From Octopus vulgaris (taxonomy: Eukaryota): 64,000 nt of DNA. The notes beneath the pieces are model-generated. The model did not search any database. It was not told the origin of the DNA and worked only from the letters and a program-made list of their open reading frames with translations. The position numbers and the translations under genes were made by a program. Shown here piece after piece: positions 1-12,955 of this stretch (positions are counted from its first letter, which is position 1; every line of letters starts with the position of its first letter). The stretch covers positions 157,852,001 through 157,916,000 of the forward strand of contig OX597814.1 in NCBI GenBank assembly GCA_951406725.2, read 5' to 3'.

Positions 1-175
1 GGGATTAAGTCGATTACATCGACCCCAGTGCGTAACTGGTACTTAATTTATCGCCCCCGAAAGGGATGAAAGGCAAAGTCGACCTCGGCGGAATTTGAAC
101 TCGGAACGTAACGACAGACAAAATACGACTATGCATTTCGCCCGGCGTGCTAACGTTTCTGCCAGCTCGCCGCCT
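1..175 (-). mobile_element. tRNA-derived SINE (5' part; cut off by window start)
   Basis: Reverse complement begins GGCGGCGAGCTGGCAGAAACGTTAG (A-box-like) and has GAGTTCAAATTCC (B-box); same sequence on + strand at 10480-10690. Confidence 0.8.
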
Positions 176-461
176 ACTTATGATTTAACGCATAATAACT
201 ATGTGCTTGGGAGGTGGAGAGAGCTCTGGAAAAGAAAATTTTAGAAAGAGATTTATTATGTATGCAAAATCGAAACTGAAAGGAAAGTGTCTATCAATTC
301 TACTTGCCAGTGTGCAGTTACGAATCAGTTTCATTTGAGGTGTACTAAGTAAGGAAAGATATATCTAAGTCAGTTAAAAGTTAATGGCAACCTGAAATTA
401 ATAAAGTTATTACTTTCCCAAAAGATCTAACACATGAAACATATTTTCCGTCTTTTTATAG

Positions 462-635
462 CTGAATGCCCAATATCAGTCGGCTACACTTACCAACCAG
501 AATTTAGATTATGTTATCAAATACGTTCAAATAAAATGTCATGGAATAACGCTGCAGACGATTGCAATGAGAAACGAGGACAACTTATTCACATTAAAAA
601 TAAGGAAGTAATGCTCTATCTACAAGACAAATTGA
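462..635 (+). CDS. C-type lectin gene A, exon encoding N-terminal half of CTLD
   Basis: Acceptor tttttatag at 461, donor gtgagt at 636, phase 1/1, 174 nt. Translates ECPISVGYTYQPEFRLCYQIRSNKMSWNNAADDCNEKRGQLIHIKNKEVMLYLQDKL (C-P..C-Y...W..A..C...G.L..I CTLD pattern). Confidence 0.9.
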
Positions 636-859
636 GTGAGTAACAGTTTGCTATTTTATACACACACTCCTGCACACATAACACACACACTCTCTCTCTC
701 ACACACACCTTCTCTCTCTCTCACACCCCTATCTCTCTCACACACACACCCTCTCTCTCCTCCTCCTCCCCTCTCCCCTTCTCTCTCTCTCTCTCTCACA
801 CAGACGCATACACACGAATGTACTCAAGATACATCTAATGTCATGAACTATAACTGTTT

Positions 860-1235
860 GGTTGTGTCTGAGGAGAGTCATTTTCTTTTTGTGCCTTATA
901 ATGTAACACACTCATCGGTAAAATTACCACATTTTTCTTATTTTTATTTTCCTAAAATTTTCGTTTTCTTTTTGTGCCTTATAATGTAACACACTCACCG
1001 GTAAAATTTCCACTTTTTTCTTATTTTTATTTTCCTAAAATTTTCGTTGCAAGACGCAACGAAAATTTTAGGAAAATAAAAATAAGAAAAGTGGAAATTT
1101 TACCGGTGAGAGTGTTACATTATAAGGCACAAAAAAGAAAATGACTCTCCCCAGACACAACAGAGTATGGTTAAACACATATGGTTAAACACGAACACAT
1201 ATAAAGAATCTCGCAAACCAAATCCACAAACGAAA
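860..1235. mobile_element. Foldback insertion with internal tandem duplication and 11-bp TSD
   Basis: Arms meet at TTCGTTGC-aagac-GCAACGAA (~1050); part of left arm is duplicated; flanked by TATAACTGTTT at 849-859 and 1236-1246; the paralogous intron (~60932) has a single copy. Confidence 0.75.
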
Positions 1236-1428
1236 TATAACTGTTTCATAACATGCTTAATTTAAATATTCTACCATTTTGCAAATAACATTCCATTTAC
1301 TTCTAACTTTCCTTGATTTGCACTCCCTGGTTGTTTGAATGACGACGAGAAAATACACTAGCTTTTGATGAAAGACTGAATATAATCATTTAATTTCAAA
1401 CATATATTTTGAAAAAATTATAAATACA

Positions 1429-1650
1429 CTAGCAAAGATACTCGGCGTTGACCGGAATTAAAATGGCATAGATTGTTATTGTTTTAATTATTTCAGTCAG
1501 GTGAATGTGGTCATCCTGGGGCGCCGCCTTTAGTTGAAGAAATCGCCCCCCGGATTTATTCTTTGTCAGCCTAGTACTTATTCTATGGGTTTATTTTACC
1601 AAACTGCTAAGTTACGGGGATTTAAACACAGCAACATTGGTTGCGAAGCA
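1429..1650 (-). mobile_element. Non-autonomous Helitron 3' end plus SINE-like segment
   Basis: Minus strand ends with a short GC hairpin then CTAG; same module at 61208 and 62297. Confidence 0.6.
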
Positions 1651-1656
1651 CGAAGT

Positions 1657-1787
1657 TTTGTCAGTGACCAGGTTGCGGTCTCAAAGCGACGAAAATATTT
1701 TGACAAATTAAATAGAAATGTTGAAGTGAAGCTAACGGTTTTGTGTGTTTCTTAAATGGCTTATAAGCACCTTCCACGCTGCAATTG

Positions 1788-1790
<3 letters not shown>
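1657..1790. repeat. Fragment of the repeat family forming the foldback at 7965-8284, abutting (TA)n
   Basis: Closely matches 8157-8284. Confidence 0.7.
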
Positions 1791-1830
<40 letters not shown>

Positions 1831-1876
1831 CATATATATATATATACAGACATATATATATATATATATATATATA

Positions 1877-2870
1877 TACGCAAAATATATAGAGTAGCGA
1901 ATATTATTAGAAATTTCACTACCAGTGGCCTAACATGTATAAAAATTAATAGACAACTTATTCTCAATATAAAATAGTGTACATTTAGACACAAGAGAAA
2001 TTACCTTTAACAAGTAATTTTACACGCTAGAAGAAGCAGTCAAAACGACCAAAACCAGCTTTAAGGGCAATTTCGAAGGGAATGAAAAAAGAAAATTTAA
2101 AATTTTACTTATTTTCTTACGGTTATAACTAGGTTTCGAATTTTTTAGCAAATAAAATAATTTGCTAAGCGAAATTCTCATCTGTAACCGTGCCATAACA
2201 TTAACATATAATTTAAAGACAAATAGCACGTGTCTCATCATTATATGTTTTAATTTTTCAAAATCACGCGCAAGCGCAGTTTCAGTCGGCAGCAGATGGT
2301 AAATGCCGAACTGATCTTCGAAATGCTAAAATCAAATACGTAAAATATATAGGGTAGCGAATATTTTTAGAAATTTCACTGCCAGTGGCCTAGCATGTAT
2401 AAAAAGTCAATAGACAACATATTCGCAATATAAAATAGTGTAGATTTAAACACAAGATACATTACCTTTAACAGGTCATTTTACACGCTAGAAGAAGCAG
2501 TCAAAACGACGAAAGAACATTTAAGAGCAATTCCGAAGGGATTGAAAAATAAAAACTTTTACCTTCTTATTTTTTTTTTACAGTTGTACCTAGCTTTCGA
2601 ATTTTTTAGCAAATAAAATAATTTGCTAGGCGGAATTCTCATGCGTAACCGTGCCATAACGTTAACATAAAATTTAGGGACAAATAACACGTGTCTCATC
2701 ATTATATGTTATAACTTTTCAAAATCACCGAGCAAGAGCAGTTTCAGTCGGCAGTAAATGAGAAGTGCCGAACTGATCTTCGAAATGCAAAACTCTATTG
2801 ACTTTTTATACATGCTAGGCCACTGGTGCTGAAATTTCTAAAAATATTCGCTACTCTATATATTTTACGT
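1877..2870. repeat. Two ~460-bp direct repeats followed by an inverted partial copy (Penelope pLTR-like arrangement)
   Basis: 1877-2336 resembles 2337-2790; 2794-2870 is the reverse complement of the unit start; begins at a (TA)n tract. Confidence 0.75.
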
Positions 2871-2984
2871 TTATGGTTTTATAGGGCCTTAGTTCGGTTG
2901 AGAGTAAACATGATAAATTTTGTCCTATTGTCTTATGGTATTTTTATAACAATAGGACAAAATTTATCGTGTTTACTCTCAATC

Positions 2985-3165
2985 GAGAACGTGGAACAAA
3001 TAGGGGTTTCAATAAGGGTGGAGCACTTGCAGAGAACAGCGCTGCTTGGAATCGCTCGAATACTCCAGAAGCTGCTCGAAAACTAGGAGGCGCTACCTTA
3101 GTTCAAGGGAGGTGAACACCTGACACTGTAATACATCTCCAGCATTAGAAGCTGTGCAAAGGGAA
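2985..3165 (+). mobile_element. R4/Dong-like retrotransposon family B, extreme 3' fragment
   Basis: Encodes EQIGVSIRVEHLQRTALLGIARILQKLLEN* (RLE C-terminal LQ..ALLG.A.IL motif), short 3'UTR, then CAA/TAA tract. Confidence 0.7.
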
Positions 3166-3166
3166 T

Positions 3167-3209
<43 letters not shown>

Positions 3210-3221
3210 CCAACAACAATG

Positions 3222-3267
<46 letters not shown>
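3164..3267 (+). repeat. (CAA)n(TAA)n microsatellite, retrotransposon target/tail
   Basis: Direct inspection. Confidence 0.95.
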
Positions 3268-5733
3268 GCAAATGGAAGTCTCCAGGAAAGGATAAAATTC
3301 CTAACTTCTGGCTGAATGCCTTCCCAGAGAGCCATGAACTGCTAACAGAACTGTACAATGATGTTTTGCAACACCCTAGTAGGATGCCTCCTTGGCTAGT
3401 TAATGGGTTAACATTCCTGCTTCCAAAAAGTGAAGAAACAAATGAACCAAAAAACTATAGACCCATAACCTGCTTAACAACTATGTACAAAACACTAACA
3501 TCTGTCCTGACGGAATATACCTATAGTTTTTTAACAGACAACAGCATATTCCCTAATGAACAGAAAGGATGTAAACGTGGATCCTACGGCTGTAAAGACC
3601 AACTACTCATCAATAAGATGATCTTAGAAGATTGTCACAAACGACACAAAAACTTATCAATAGCCTGGATAGACTATAAAAAGGCTTTTGATAGCCTACC
3701 ACATAGCTGGATTAGGAAATGCCTGGAAATGTATAAGATAGCACCTACTCTGCGAAACTTCTTGACTGTAAGTATGAGATCATGGAGAATCACACTAACT
3801 CTGAACAGTGACAATGAATCCCTAAATGCTGGTGATGTAAAAATTTCGTGTGGCATTTTCCAGGGTGACTCACTGTCACCACTCCTCTTTTGTTTATCCT
3901 TAATACCTCTCTCAAAGCTGCTCAATGACGCGCAGTACGGGTATAAAATGTTTGATAAAATATAAATCATCTCGTTTACATGGATGATTTAAAGCTTTTT
4001 GATCAACAATGATCAACAAATGATCAACAAAAGGCTTACAAGCGATAGTCAAACAATTCAGTGATGACATCAGAATGCAATTCGGCCTCGATAAATGTGC
4101 AAAGGCTACCTTTATCAAAGGAAAAATGACAGAAACATCTAACGTTAAAATTGACCAACAGAATGTCATAAAAGAACTAGACCCAGCGGAGAGCTATAAG
4201 TACCTAGGGGTAATTGAAGGGAACGGAATAAGGCATTCAGAGATGAAGGAAAGTATCAGGAGAGAATGCTATCGAAGATTGAGAGCAATACTCAAGACAG
4301 AGCTGAATGCAAGTAACAGGATCGAAGCGATCAATGCATTAGCCATACCAGTCGTGACTTGCAGTTTCAATATTGTTAACTGGTCAATTACTGAAATATG
4401 TCAGCTCGACAGAAAAATAAGGAAACTGTTGACAATGCATAGAATGCACCACCCTAAGGCAGATACAGAACGACTCTATCTGCCAAGAAAAGAGGGAGGC
4501 CGTGGTCTTTTGCAACTGGCAATAACAATGAAGATTGCTACAATTGGCCTAGACACCTACCTGAAAAACTCTGAGGACTGGATGTTAAAACTTGTCTCAA
4601 AACATGAAAACAAGAAAGCATCATACTCAGTCACAAAACAGGCAAAGGAATATCTAAGTGAATTCCGAATACAACCAATTTCGGAATTAGAGATAGATAT
4701 ACAAGAAACAAGCACAGAAAAAGCTAGGCGCATGAAAACCCGTGCCAAAACTGCGGTCTTAGATATTCTGAATAATAAATGGCAAGAAAAACCTCTCTAT
4801 GGCAAATACCCAAAGAGAGCGAATAATGCAGATATCGACAAAGCCCTGACCCATCAATGGCTAATGGCCTCTGGCTTAAAATCTGAAACAGAGGGGTTTA
4901 TCATAGCAGCTCAAGATCAATGCCTACCAACAAGAAACTACCAGGCCAACATATTAAAGAACGGCAGTAGCCCAACATGTCGTGTATGCCGACAACAAAA
5001 TGAAACCATTGACCATGTTGTCTCCAAATGCAGTCTTCTAGCGCCTACAGAGTACCTCAGTAGGCATGATAGAGCTGCACAATATATTCACTGGGTAATT
5101 TGCAAAAACCTGGATTTGCCCCATGAAAAAAACTGGTGGGAACACAATCCACCTCCTGTGCTTGAAAATGACCACATCTCACTCCTCTGGAACTTCACCA
5201 TTCAAACTGACAGGAAGATAGATGCAAATAGGCCAGACATTATATTGAAAGACTTCAGACAAAGAACATGCCTCCTCATTGATATGACTGTCCCAATCAA
5301 TATAAACGTATCTGTCAAGACCTACCAAGAACTGAGCAAATATAAAGATCTTGAAATAGAAATCAGCAAAATGTGGAAGCTGAAGACTAAAACAATACCT
5401 GTTGTCATAGGTGCCCTGGGAATGATAGCGAAAGGGACTGATTGCTACCTAACTCAGATACCAGGAAACCCCAAAATGGCAGAAATTCAAAAGATAGTGC
5501 TCATGGGAACTGCTCATATCCTACACAAAATACTCTCTATGTAATCCCAAGGTTTAAAACAAACTTTTTTTATTTATTTTTTTTTTTTTATGTATTAGAC
5601 ATTCACTAGTACAACACACAAAAAAAAAACCTAAATATATGGCACAGAACTTCCAACCTGTTGTCTCTTGAGGTCTCTGGGTGAGACTTGGAGCCAACTT
5701 GTACAGACATAAAGCAAAAGTCAAACATAGAAT
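3268..5733 (+). mobile_element. 5'-truncated R4/Dong-like non-LTR retrotransposon family A (RT-CCHC-RLE), frameshifted
   Basis: ORFs 3219-3965 and 4075-5544: KSPG, NYRPITCL, GIFQGDSLSP, YMDD (frameshifted ~3960-4030), CRVC..ETIDHV..C, RHD, RPDI..IDMTVP..KYK; flanked by (TAA)n on both sides. Confidence 0.9.
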
Positions 5734-5748
5734 AATAATAATAATAAT

Positions 5749-7250
5749 CCCCTGGTAATTGCGCAACCTGACAATCGCTACCTCATATGAGTCACAACGA
5801 AAAATCAAAATATTGTGAATAACGCTAGTAATCAAACTAAAACCAATGATGGTGACAGTGTTACACCCGATAGGCTCAGATTTTCTGGTCCGGCTCCAGC
5901 CTGTCGATATGAAGAAAGGGACCACTACACACGGCGTAGATGGAGCAAGCAAATTATTGCTGTGGTCATGAAGTGTTACTACCTGAGCAACCCGGTAGAT
6001 GAAAATGGTGCTCAAATTAGTATGTATGATCATTGGGGAGAAAAGGGATTTTTCAACTCACGGAACAGAGACTATGTAATCAAGCTAGAGCAATACGAAA
6101 AAATTGTTGGTTCACAGAAGTAAAGCTCGAAGCTATCAAAAGATGGGTCATGGACAATAGCAACATAGTTAAGAATGATAATACAGTTCTTACTAATAAG
6201 ATTAATCTCATAGCACAGCAAAGGAGCAGTGGTAGTTTTCTTGATGAGAGACATATAGATGATCTAAAAGAGACGATAAAACTAATAGTGACAGGACTGA
6301 TGAACAAAAGGCAATCTACTACCCGAATAAAGCTAAGACTCCAGGAGAATGATAGCGACATTATTTGCAACCTTAAAATGGTTGATCAATGGAAATGGAA
6401 CAAAGAAACGAAAAATGTCAATGAAATTCTGAAATACATCAGAACAAACAACATCACAGAAGTAAATAATTTGATCAAGGCAGCAAGTGTTGTTGTAGCA
6501 GAAAATATGGGTGTCGATGTCAAGAAAAAGAAACAAATGGGAGTGACAAAAGAAAAGATCCATGGTGCAAAAGAAGTATCCAGGAAGGGTTAGATATGCT
6601 CGCGAAGGAAATCTCTGTGTTAGACCGAAAAGAGAAAGGGGAGTATAAAAGCAAACAAAAATACAGGGTGCTGAAAAGGGAGTATAATATAAAAAGAAAA
6701 GTAATGGAGGAACTGAAACAGCGCCTCATTGCAAAGAAAGCTAAGACGGTAAAATACGACCAAAGAATGAAGGGTTACCACCAGAATAGGTTATTCAGAG
6801 TAGATCAGAACAGATTCTATAAAGAAATAAATGGAGGGTGTGCAGATGAAAAGTTGATATCAGATAACACTGAAAGGCAAATTTTGGAGTGACATGTGGA
6901 GCAAAGACAAGGGGGACAAGAAGGATGCTGAATGGTTACAAGATCTAAAACAAACAGCAGTCTGTCCAAAACAAGCAGAACTAGTCATTTCATTTAGGGA
7001 AGTGAAGGAAATCAGCAAAAAATGAGCAATTGGAAGGCCCCGGGACTAGATGGAGTTCAAGGCTACTGGATCTAAAGATTTGGTGAATGTCATGCACGAA
7101 TAGCTGTGCAACTCAAGACCTTGTTAAATGCCGACCAAGCAACACCGTAGTGTAGACAATTATAGGTCGATATCCTGTTTGCCACTTATGTAGAAATTAT
7201 TGATTGGAATACTCGCAGAGTCAATGTAAGGACATCTAGAAACATTTGAA
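5749..7250 (+). mobile_element. R4/Dong-like family B, degenerate 5' portion
   Basis: Starts right after (TAA)n; RRRWSK..VMKCYY, EQRLCNQARAIRK, QNRLF..DQNRFYKEING, WKAPGLDGVQGYW motifs with stops and frameshifts; homologous to 48025-48860. Confidence 0.8.
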
Positions 7251-7468
7251 ACGTTTATATAAATTTAAGATTAAAATGCTTCAAGTTGTATAAAAATAGT
7301 TATTATCTGCATCATTCCAAAGAGAAATAAATTCTGAATAAGGTGTAAAAGATAAAAATAATTTGTATGGTGATAGTAACAAAATATTTTGTAAAAAATA
7401 GAACTTTTATCATCGGTCATAAACATTTCGCCAGCGTATATACATACATATATATATATATATATATA

Positions 7469-7863
7469 CTAGCAGTATCGCCCGGCGTTGCTCGGGTTTG
7501 TAAGGGAAATAATTATATAAGCATTTTTAGAGATGTAAAGTATAATAGCCATCTCAATATGGCTAACCACAAAGGGGGAGGGGTGTTACTGTAGCTTTTT
7601 ACGTTCTGAGATTTAATAATAAATTTTAGAGAGTTACTTCCCTTATATATGTCAAAAATGGATTAAAAATGGGAAAAATTGATGTTAAATTTTTTTTTAA
7701 ATCGTAGACTCATCGTAGACGCGCGCTAATACCCAGACGGTCTCGATATGAATCACGACTATAAGATACCCGGTTTTGGTTAAACTGCACCGCAAAATGT
7801 GGGAGTAGTTAGGAATCTAAATCGTAGGAGACAGACACACAACCTCACTTTTATATATAAAGA
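7469..7863 (-). mobile_element. Complete non-autonomous Helitron (~395 bp)
   Basis: Minus strand 5'-TCTTTATATATAAAAG... ends CCCGAGCAACGCCGGG hairpin then CTAG-3', inserted between A and T. Confidence 0.85.
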
Positions 7864-7964
7864 TTTCCTCTATTTACATAATATTGAGGTCTCTTTCTTT
7901 CTTTTGTTATCTTACTGTTTTTACCAATATACATATATATATATATATAAATATATATATAGTT

Positions 7965-8284
7965 ACAGAGATGTACTTGCATAGCAAGTGACTTGATCTG
8001 AGATCGTGTGCTGGAACGAAAACAGTTGCAGCGTTGAAGGTGTTTATAAGCCATTTAAGAAACACACAAAAACCGTTAGATTCACTTCAACATTTAAATT
8101 TAATTTGTCAAAATATTTTCATCGCTTTGAGACCGCGACCTGTTAGCACGATATTTTTGTCAGTGAACAGGTCGCGGTCTGAAAGCGACGAAAATATTTT
8201 GGCAAATTAAATTTAAATGTTGAAGTGAATGTAACGGTTTTTGTGTGTTTCTTAAATGGCTTACAAACACCTTCCACGCTGCAA
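7965..8284. mobile_element. Foldback element between (TA)n tracts (Penelope-like inverted pLTR fragment)
   Basis: ~118-bp inverted arms 8026-8144 and 8166-8284 with ~21-nt spacer. Confidence 0.7.
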
Positions 8285-8639
8285 TATATATATACACACA
8301 TATATATATATATATGTATGTATGTATGTATGTGTGTATATGTGTATGCATGTATGTGTGTGTGTGTGCGTGTCTGTGCTTGTGATTGTCCTCCACCACT
8401 GCTTGACAACGAATGTTGGTTTGTTTACATCCCTGTCACCTAGTGGTTTGACAAAGGAAACAGATAGAATAAGTACAATGCTTACAAAAATAAAAGTGGA
8501 GTTGATTCATTAAACTACAATTCTTCAAGGCATTGCCCCAGCATGGCCACAGACCAATGGCTGGAAAAAGCAGAAGAATAAAAGAATACATTCTCTGCTT
8601 TGGTCTTATGTTCAAGGCATGAGAAAGCTTGAGTTTACA

Positions 8640-8918
8640 TGAGAAGGCCTAACAGACCTGGTAGAAACAGCAGCCAAATCTCCCTCAAATCACACCTTAC
8701 TGTCTTATGTATGTATATATATATGAGCCAATGAGGGGGACCTCTACATGGTAGCTAGACCTGGTAGAAATAGCAGCCAAATTTCCCCCAAATCACACCT
8801 TACTGTCTTATCTATGTATATATGTATGTATGAGCCTATGAGGGAGACCCCTACATGGCAGCTAGACCTGGTAGAAATAGCAGCCAAATCTCCCTCAAAT
8901 CACACCTTACTGTCTTAT
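8640..8918 (+). repeat. Three tandem ~105-bp units
   Basis: AGACCTGGTAGAAA.AGCAGCCAAAT...CACACCTTACTGTCTTAT starts at 8654, 8757 and 8864. Confidence 0.85.
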
Positions 8919-8929
8919 CTTTCTGCTAC

Positions 8930-9562
<633 letters not shown>

Positions 9563-9636
9563 TAGCGTTTATTGTCAATGTCTTCCTAAGAAAATGTGTT
9601 GCTCTTTGAAAATTTCTTAAATATATTTTTGCCTGC

Positions 9637-9691
<55 letters not shown>

Positions 9692-9692
<1 letters not shown>

Positions 9693-10064
9693 TCAAAATA
9701 AGCAACAAGAATGACTCCGGTAATTTGGTACGATCGTTTCATACTACATCATTTTATTAAATCCACATCTTTGTCTATGTATCTACCTTCTCTATAATAT
9801 TGCCACTTGATATGAACATTTTTGTATTAATGGTAAACCTCTATAATTGGCTGATGAATACTCAGCATTTTAAAACTGTTGTAATACTTACAACATTTAA
9901 TAAAATGATATAGTACGAAACGATCGTACCAAATTACCGGAGTCATTCTTGTTTGTTATTTTGATTATAATCACCCCACGGATTTTTATGGATAACACCA
10001 TACAGAATTCTGGTGTGCATCTAAATTAAGTACCATATTCATTTGAATCTAAATTTTTGCTGAA

Positions 10065-10066
<2 letters not shown>
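9692..10066. mobile_element. Foldback element between (TA)n tracts with degenerate hammerhead-like core
   Basis: Inverted arms 9693-9762 and 9895-9964; spacer contains CTGATGA at 9851. Confidence 0.65.
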
Positions 10067-10118
<52 letters not shown>

Positions 10119-10121
10119 GAA

Positions 10122-10223
<102 letters not shown>

Positions 10224-10479
10224 TAGCATTTATTGTCAATGTCTTCCAAAGAAAATGTGTTGCCCTTTGAAAATTTCTTAAGTAATTATTTCTTCTAGAT
10301 TTTCTTCTGCTTGTTATACCTAAAATTTCCAAAAGAATGTTGTAACAAAGGAAATATTTTGTTATAACTCTTATTGCTCTACATTGTTTGAGATTTTACG
10401 CGATTTAATTTCAGTTTCATCAATGTTTAAGTATTATGGAACATCTTTTAGACCATATCTTTTTCAATAATGTTGACAA

Positions 10480-10690
10480 GGCGGCGAGCTGGCAGAAACG
10501 TTAGCACGCCGGGCGAAATGCTTAGATATATTTCGTCGCTCTTTATTTTCAGAGTTCAAATTCCGCCGAGATCGACTTTGCCTTTCATCCATTTAGGGTC
10601 GATAAATTAAGTAACACTTGCGTACTGGGGTCAATCTAATCGACAGGCCCCCTCTGTCGAATTTTGGGATTTGTACCTAGAGTAGAGAAG
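10480..10690 (+). mobile_element. tRNA-derived SINE
   Basis: GGCGGCGAGCTGGCAGAAACGTTAG...GAGTTCAAATTCC; same family as 1-175. Confidence 0.8.
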
Positions 10691-12955
10691 AATATTAAAA
10701 TGTGACAGTTGTGTAATTTCGATTTGGGACTTCGCCTTACCTTGCAACAGACAAATTGATGACAATGTGAATATTGGTCAGCTCAAAAACCCTTCATTAG
10801 TAAATAATTTGCACCACATTTTTTAATATTTATGATGAGCATAAAAACGTTGAACACGTTAATATATTTCTTTACCGTTGCTGAAATTGTCTTGCTACTA
10901 GGATCGAGGAATGAATTTCTGTATCTAGTTTACTGACGTAAATAACAAGACATCAATTTAAATATATATATACGATAGGATATAATTCATTCAAGAGTTC
11001 GTAATTATGTCTAACATAGGCACAAAACTTAAAATTTGAGGCGGGTGACTTGTTGTCTGTTTCACTAATGCCGAGGAATATAAGGTAAAGTTGATCTCAG
11101 AGGGATATAAAATAAGAATGTAAATAGCCGGAACAAACACCGCGAGGCATTTTCAAAATTCTAATGTTTCTGTCTATCGGAAAAATTGGCAGAGGAAATC
11201 ATATGTGAATATGTGTGAAGTTTTCTTCTCTAGTTTCAGTGAAGCAACAAATAATATTACACATTATTATTTGTAATCTACTTGATGATGTTCCCTAACT
11301 CTCCTAAATATCTTTAAATAAATAAAATTAATATTATAACTCAATATTCTATGAAACTATCAAAACAGAAAAAAAAAATAATTAGAAATATAATTATAGC
11401 AGTAAATCGTAGTTGTTTGATAACATTTATATTCCACTTAAGTCATGAGCAACTGGACTTTCCTTTCCCTGGCCCTTCAGTATGTGATCTTGTACCTAAA
11501 TATTATCAAATACAATGCTTTTCGAGACATCAATGTTGTTCGGCTGGCAAGAAATAACATTTGGATTATCTTTATGCGACATCTACAGTCACAAAAAGTT
11601 CACATAGGTCCTCGTCTAGATGATGATGAACTAAAGGATGGATGGTGTCGTGAATATATCTTTCATATTAAGTTATCTCATTGTTCAGGACAAGCCCAAG
11701 TAACAATTACCACTGCCGCAGCTGCTTCTACTACTACTACTACAACTACTATTACTACTACTACATTAATAAATTTCTAAAGCTCTCGCTCTCCCTGAAG
11801 CACCATGACCGAGCTGATAATCAAGAGAGGTATTCAAAGTCATTCCCATGTACACATAGAGGAACGTGTGTCTCAAGTCTTGGGGCCGTTTTCAGTCCGC
11901 GGGGGAAGCAGAGGGCGCTATTTTGAGTAAACGTTTATCTGCTAGCCATAAGCTAGTTTATATATATATTTTTAAATGTTTTTAAAATTTTATTTTTCGA
12001 AGGGAATTTATATTTTCCTTTCATTTTATGCAAACCGTCAAATTTAATTTGAACACTCTGTCAGATTTCTGATTTTTATTCAAAGATTTGAGGAGCAAAA
12101 TTCAATTAAATCGGCAGTAGGGAGGAGGAAAATCTAAGTCCAACGTGAGTTCAAATAAAATCCTGTCGGCAAAATCTGAACTGTAGTTTACAGCTAAAAT
12201 GATTTGTTGTTAACCAGTATTTTTCTATTTCGATTTGCAAATTACCATATTTTCTATTCATTACTTATGATAATAATAATAAATTTTTGTTTCAGTAAAA
12301 TTGCAGTTCAATCATTGAAATCAGTATACATGAATGTTCGGATTGCTAATTTTATTTTACCCGTAACAGGTCTATTTGCATTAGAAGCGTGGAAATGTGT
12401 TTATGAATATAGAAACTACATTGTGGGGATTGCTTTAGCCAGTCATGCCGATTTTCAAACTTTTTTCAATCTAAGGCACACTGAATTACGGTTCTAAGAA
12501 CTAAGGGTCGATACGATAGTCCATTAAAATTTCAAGTCTTACATACGTATGTTTGCATGTATAAGTATTGCTTTTAAAAAAGAGGTAGAGACGTGCATTT
12601 CATTTCACCACGTTTCAAAATCTTTAGCATTTCTCTATTACCACTCCCTGCCCAAAGAAATAAACATGGGGCACACTAGCGAATTATATACAGGTTTTAA
12701 GTGTGCTGCAGCTCAGTGTGCGATAATATCTACACTGAGTGAATATTTGCCGGTGTTCGAACCGTGTAATATAGTCCAGAATGCATTGTGTCGGCAAAAA
12801 TAAGGCAGAGTGTCATGATTGATCACGGTTATGCTGGGGCTTAACAACTACAATAACGAGAGTAACAAAAAGATACTATAATCGTCAAACATACATCAAA
12901 TTATACGTTTTTACATGCTGATACTTTTTCTGTATGTTTTACGTTTGTTTTCCAG

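Noticed and set aside
636-989. Many ORFs of poly-YI, HT, CV, I, N, L or YLSI (also ~10026, 37410, 40851, 43148, 48660, 57756, 59038, 62460)
   Set aside because: Translations of (TA)n, (CA)n, (TAA)n, (TAGA)n and (TATG)n microsatellites
8157-8200. Hammerhead in GTCAGTGAACAGG...CTGAAAGCGAC
   Set aside because: No CUGANGA core or UH site could be fitted
8640-8918. CRISPR-like repeat-spacer appearance
   Set aside because: Eukaryotic context, repeats too long, spacers are simple repeats, no cas genes
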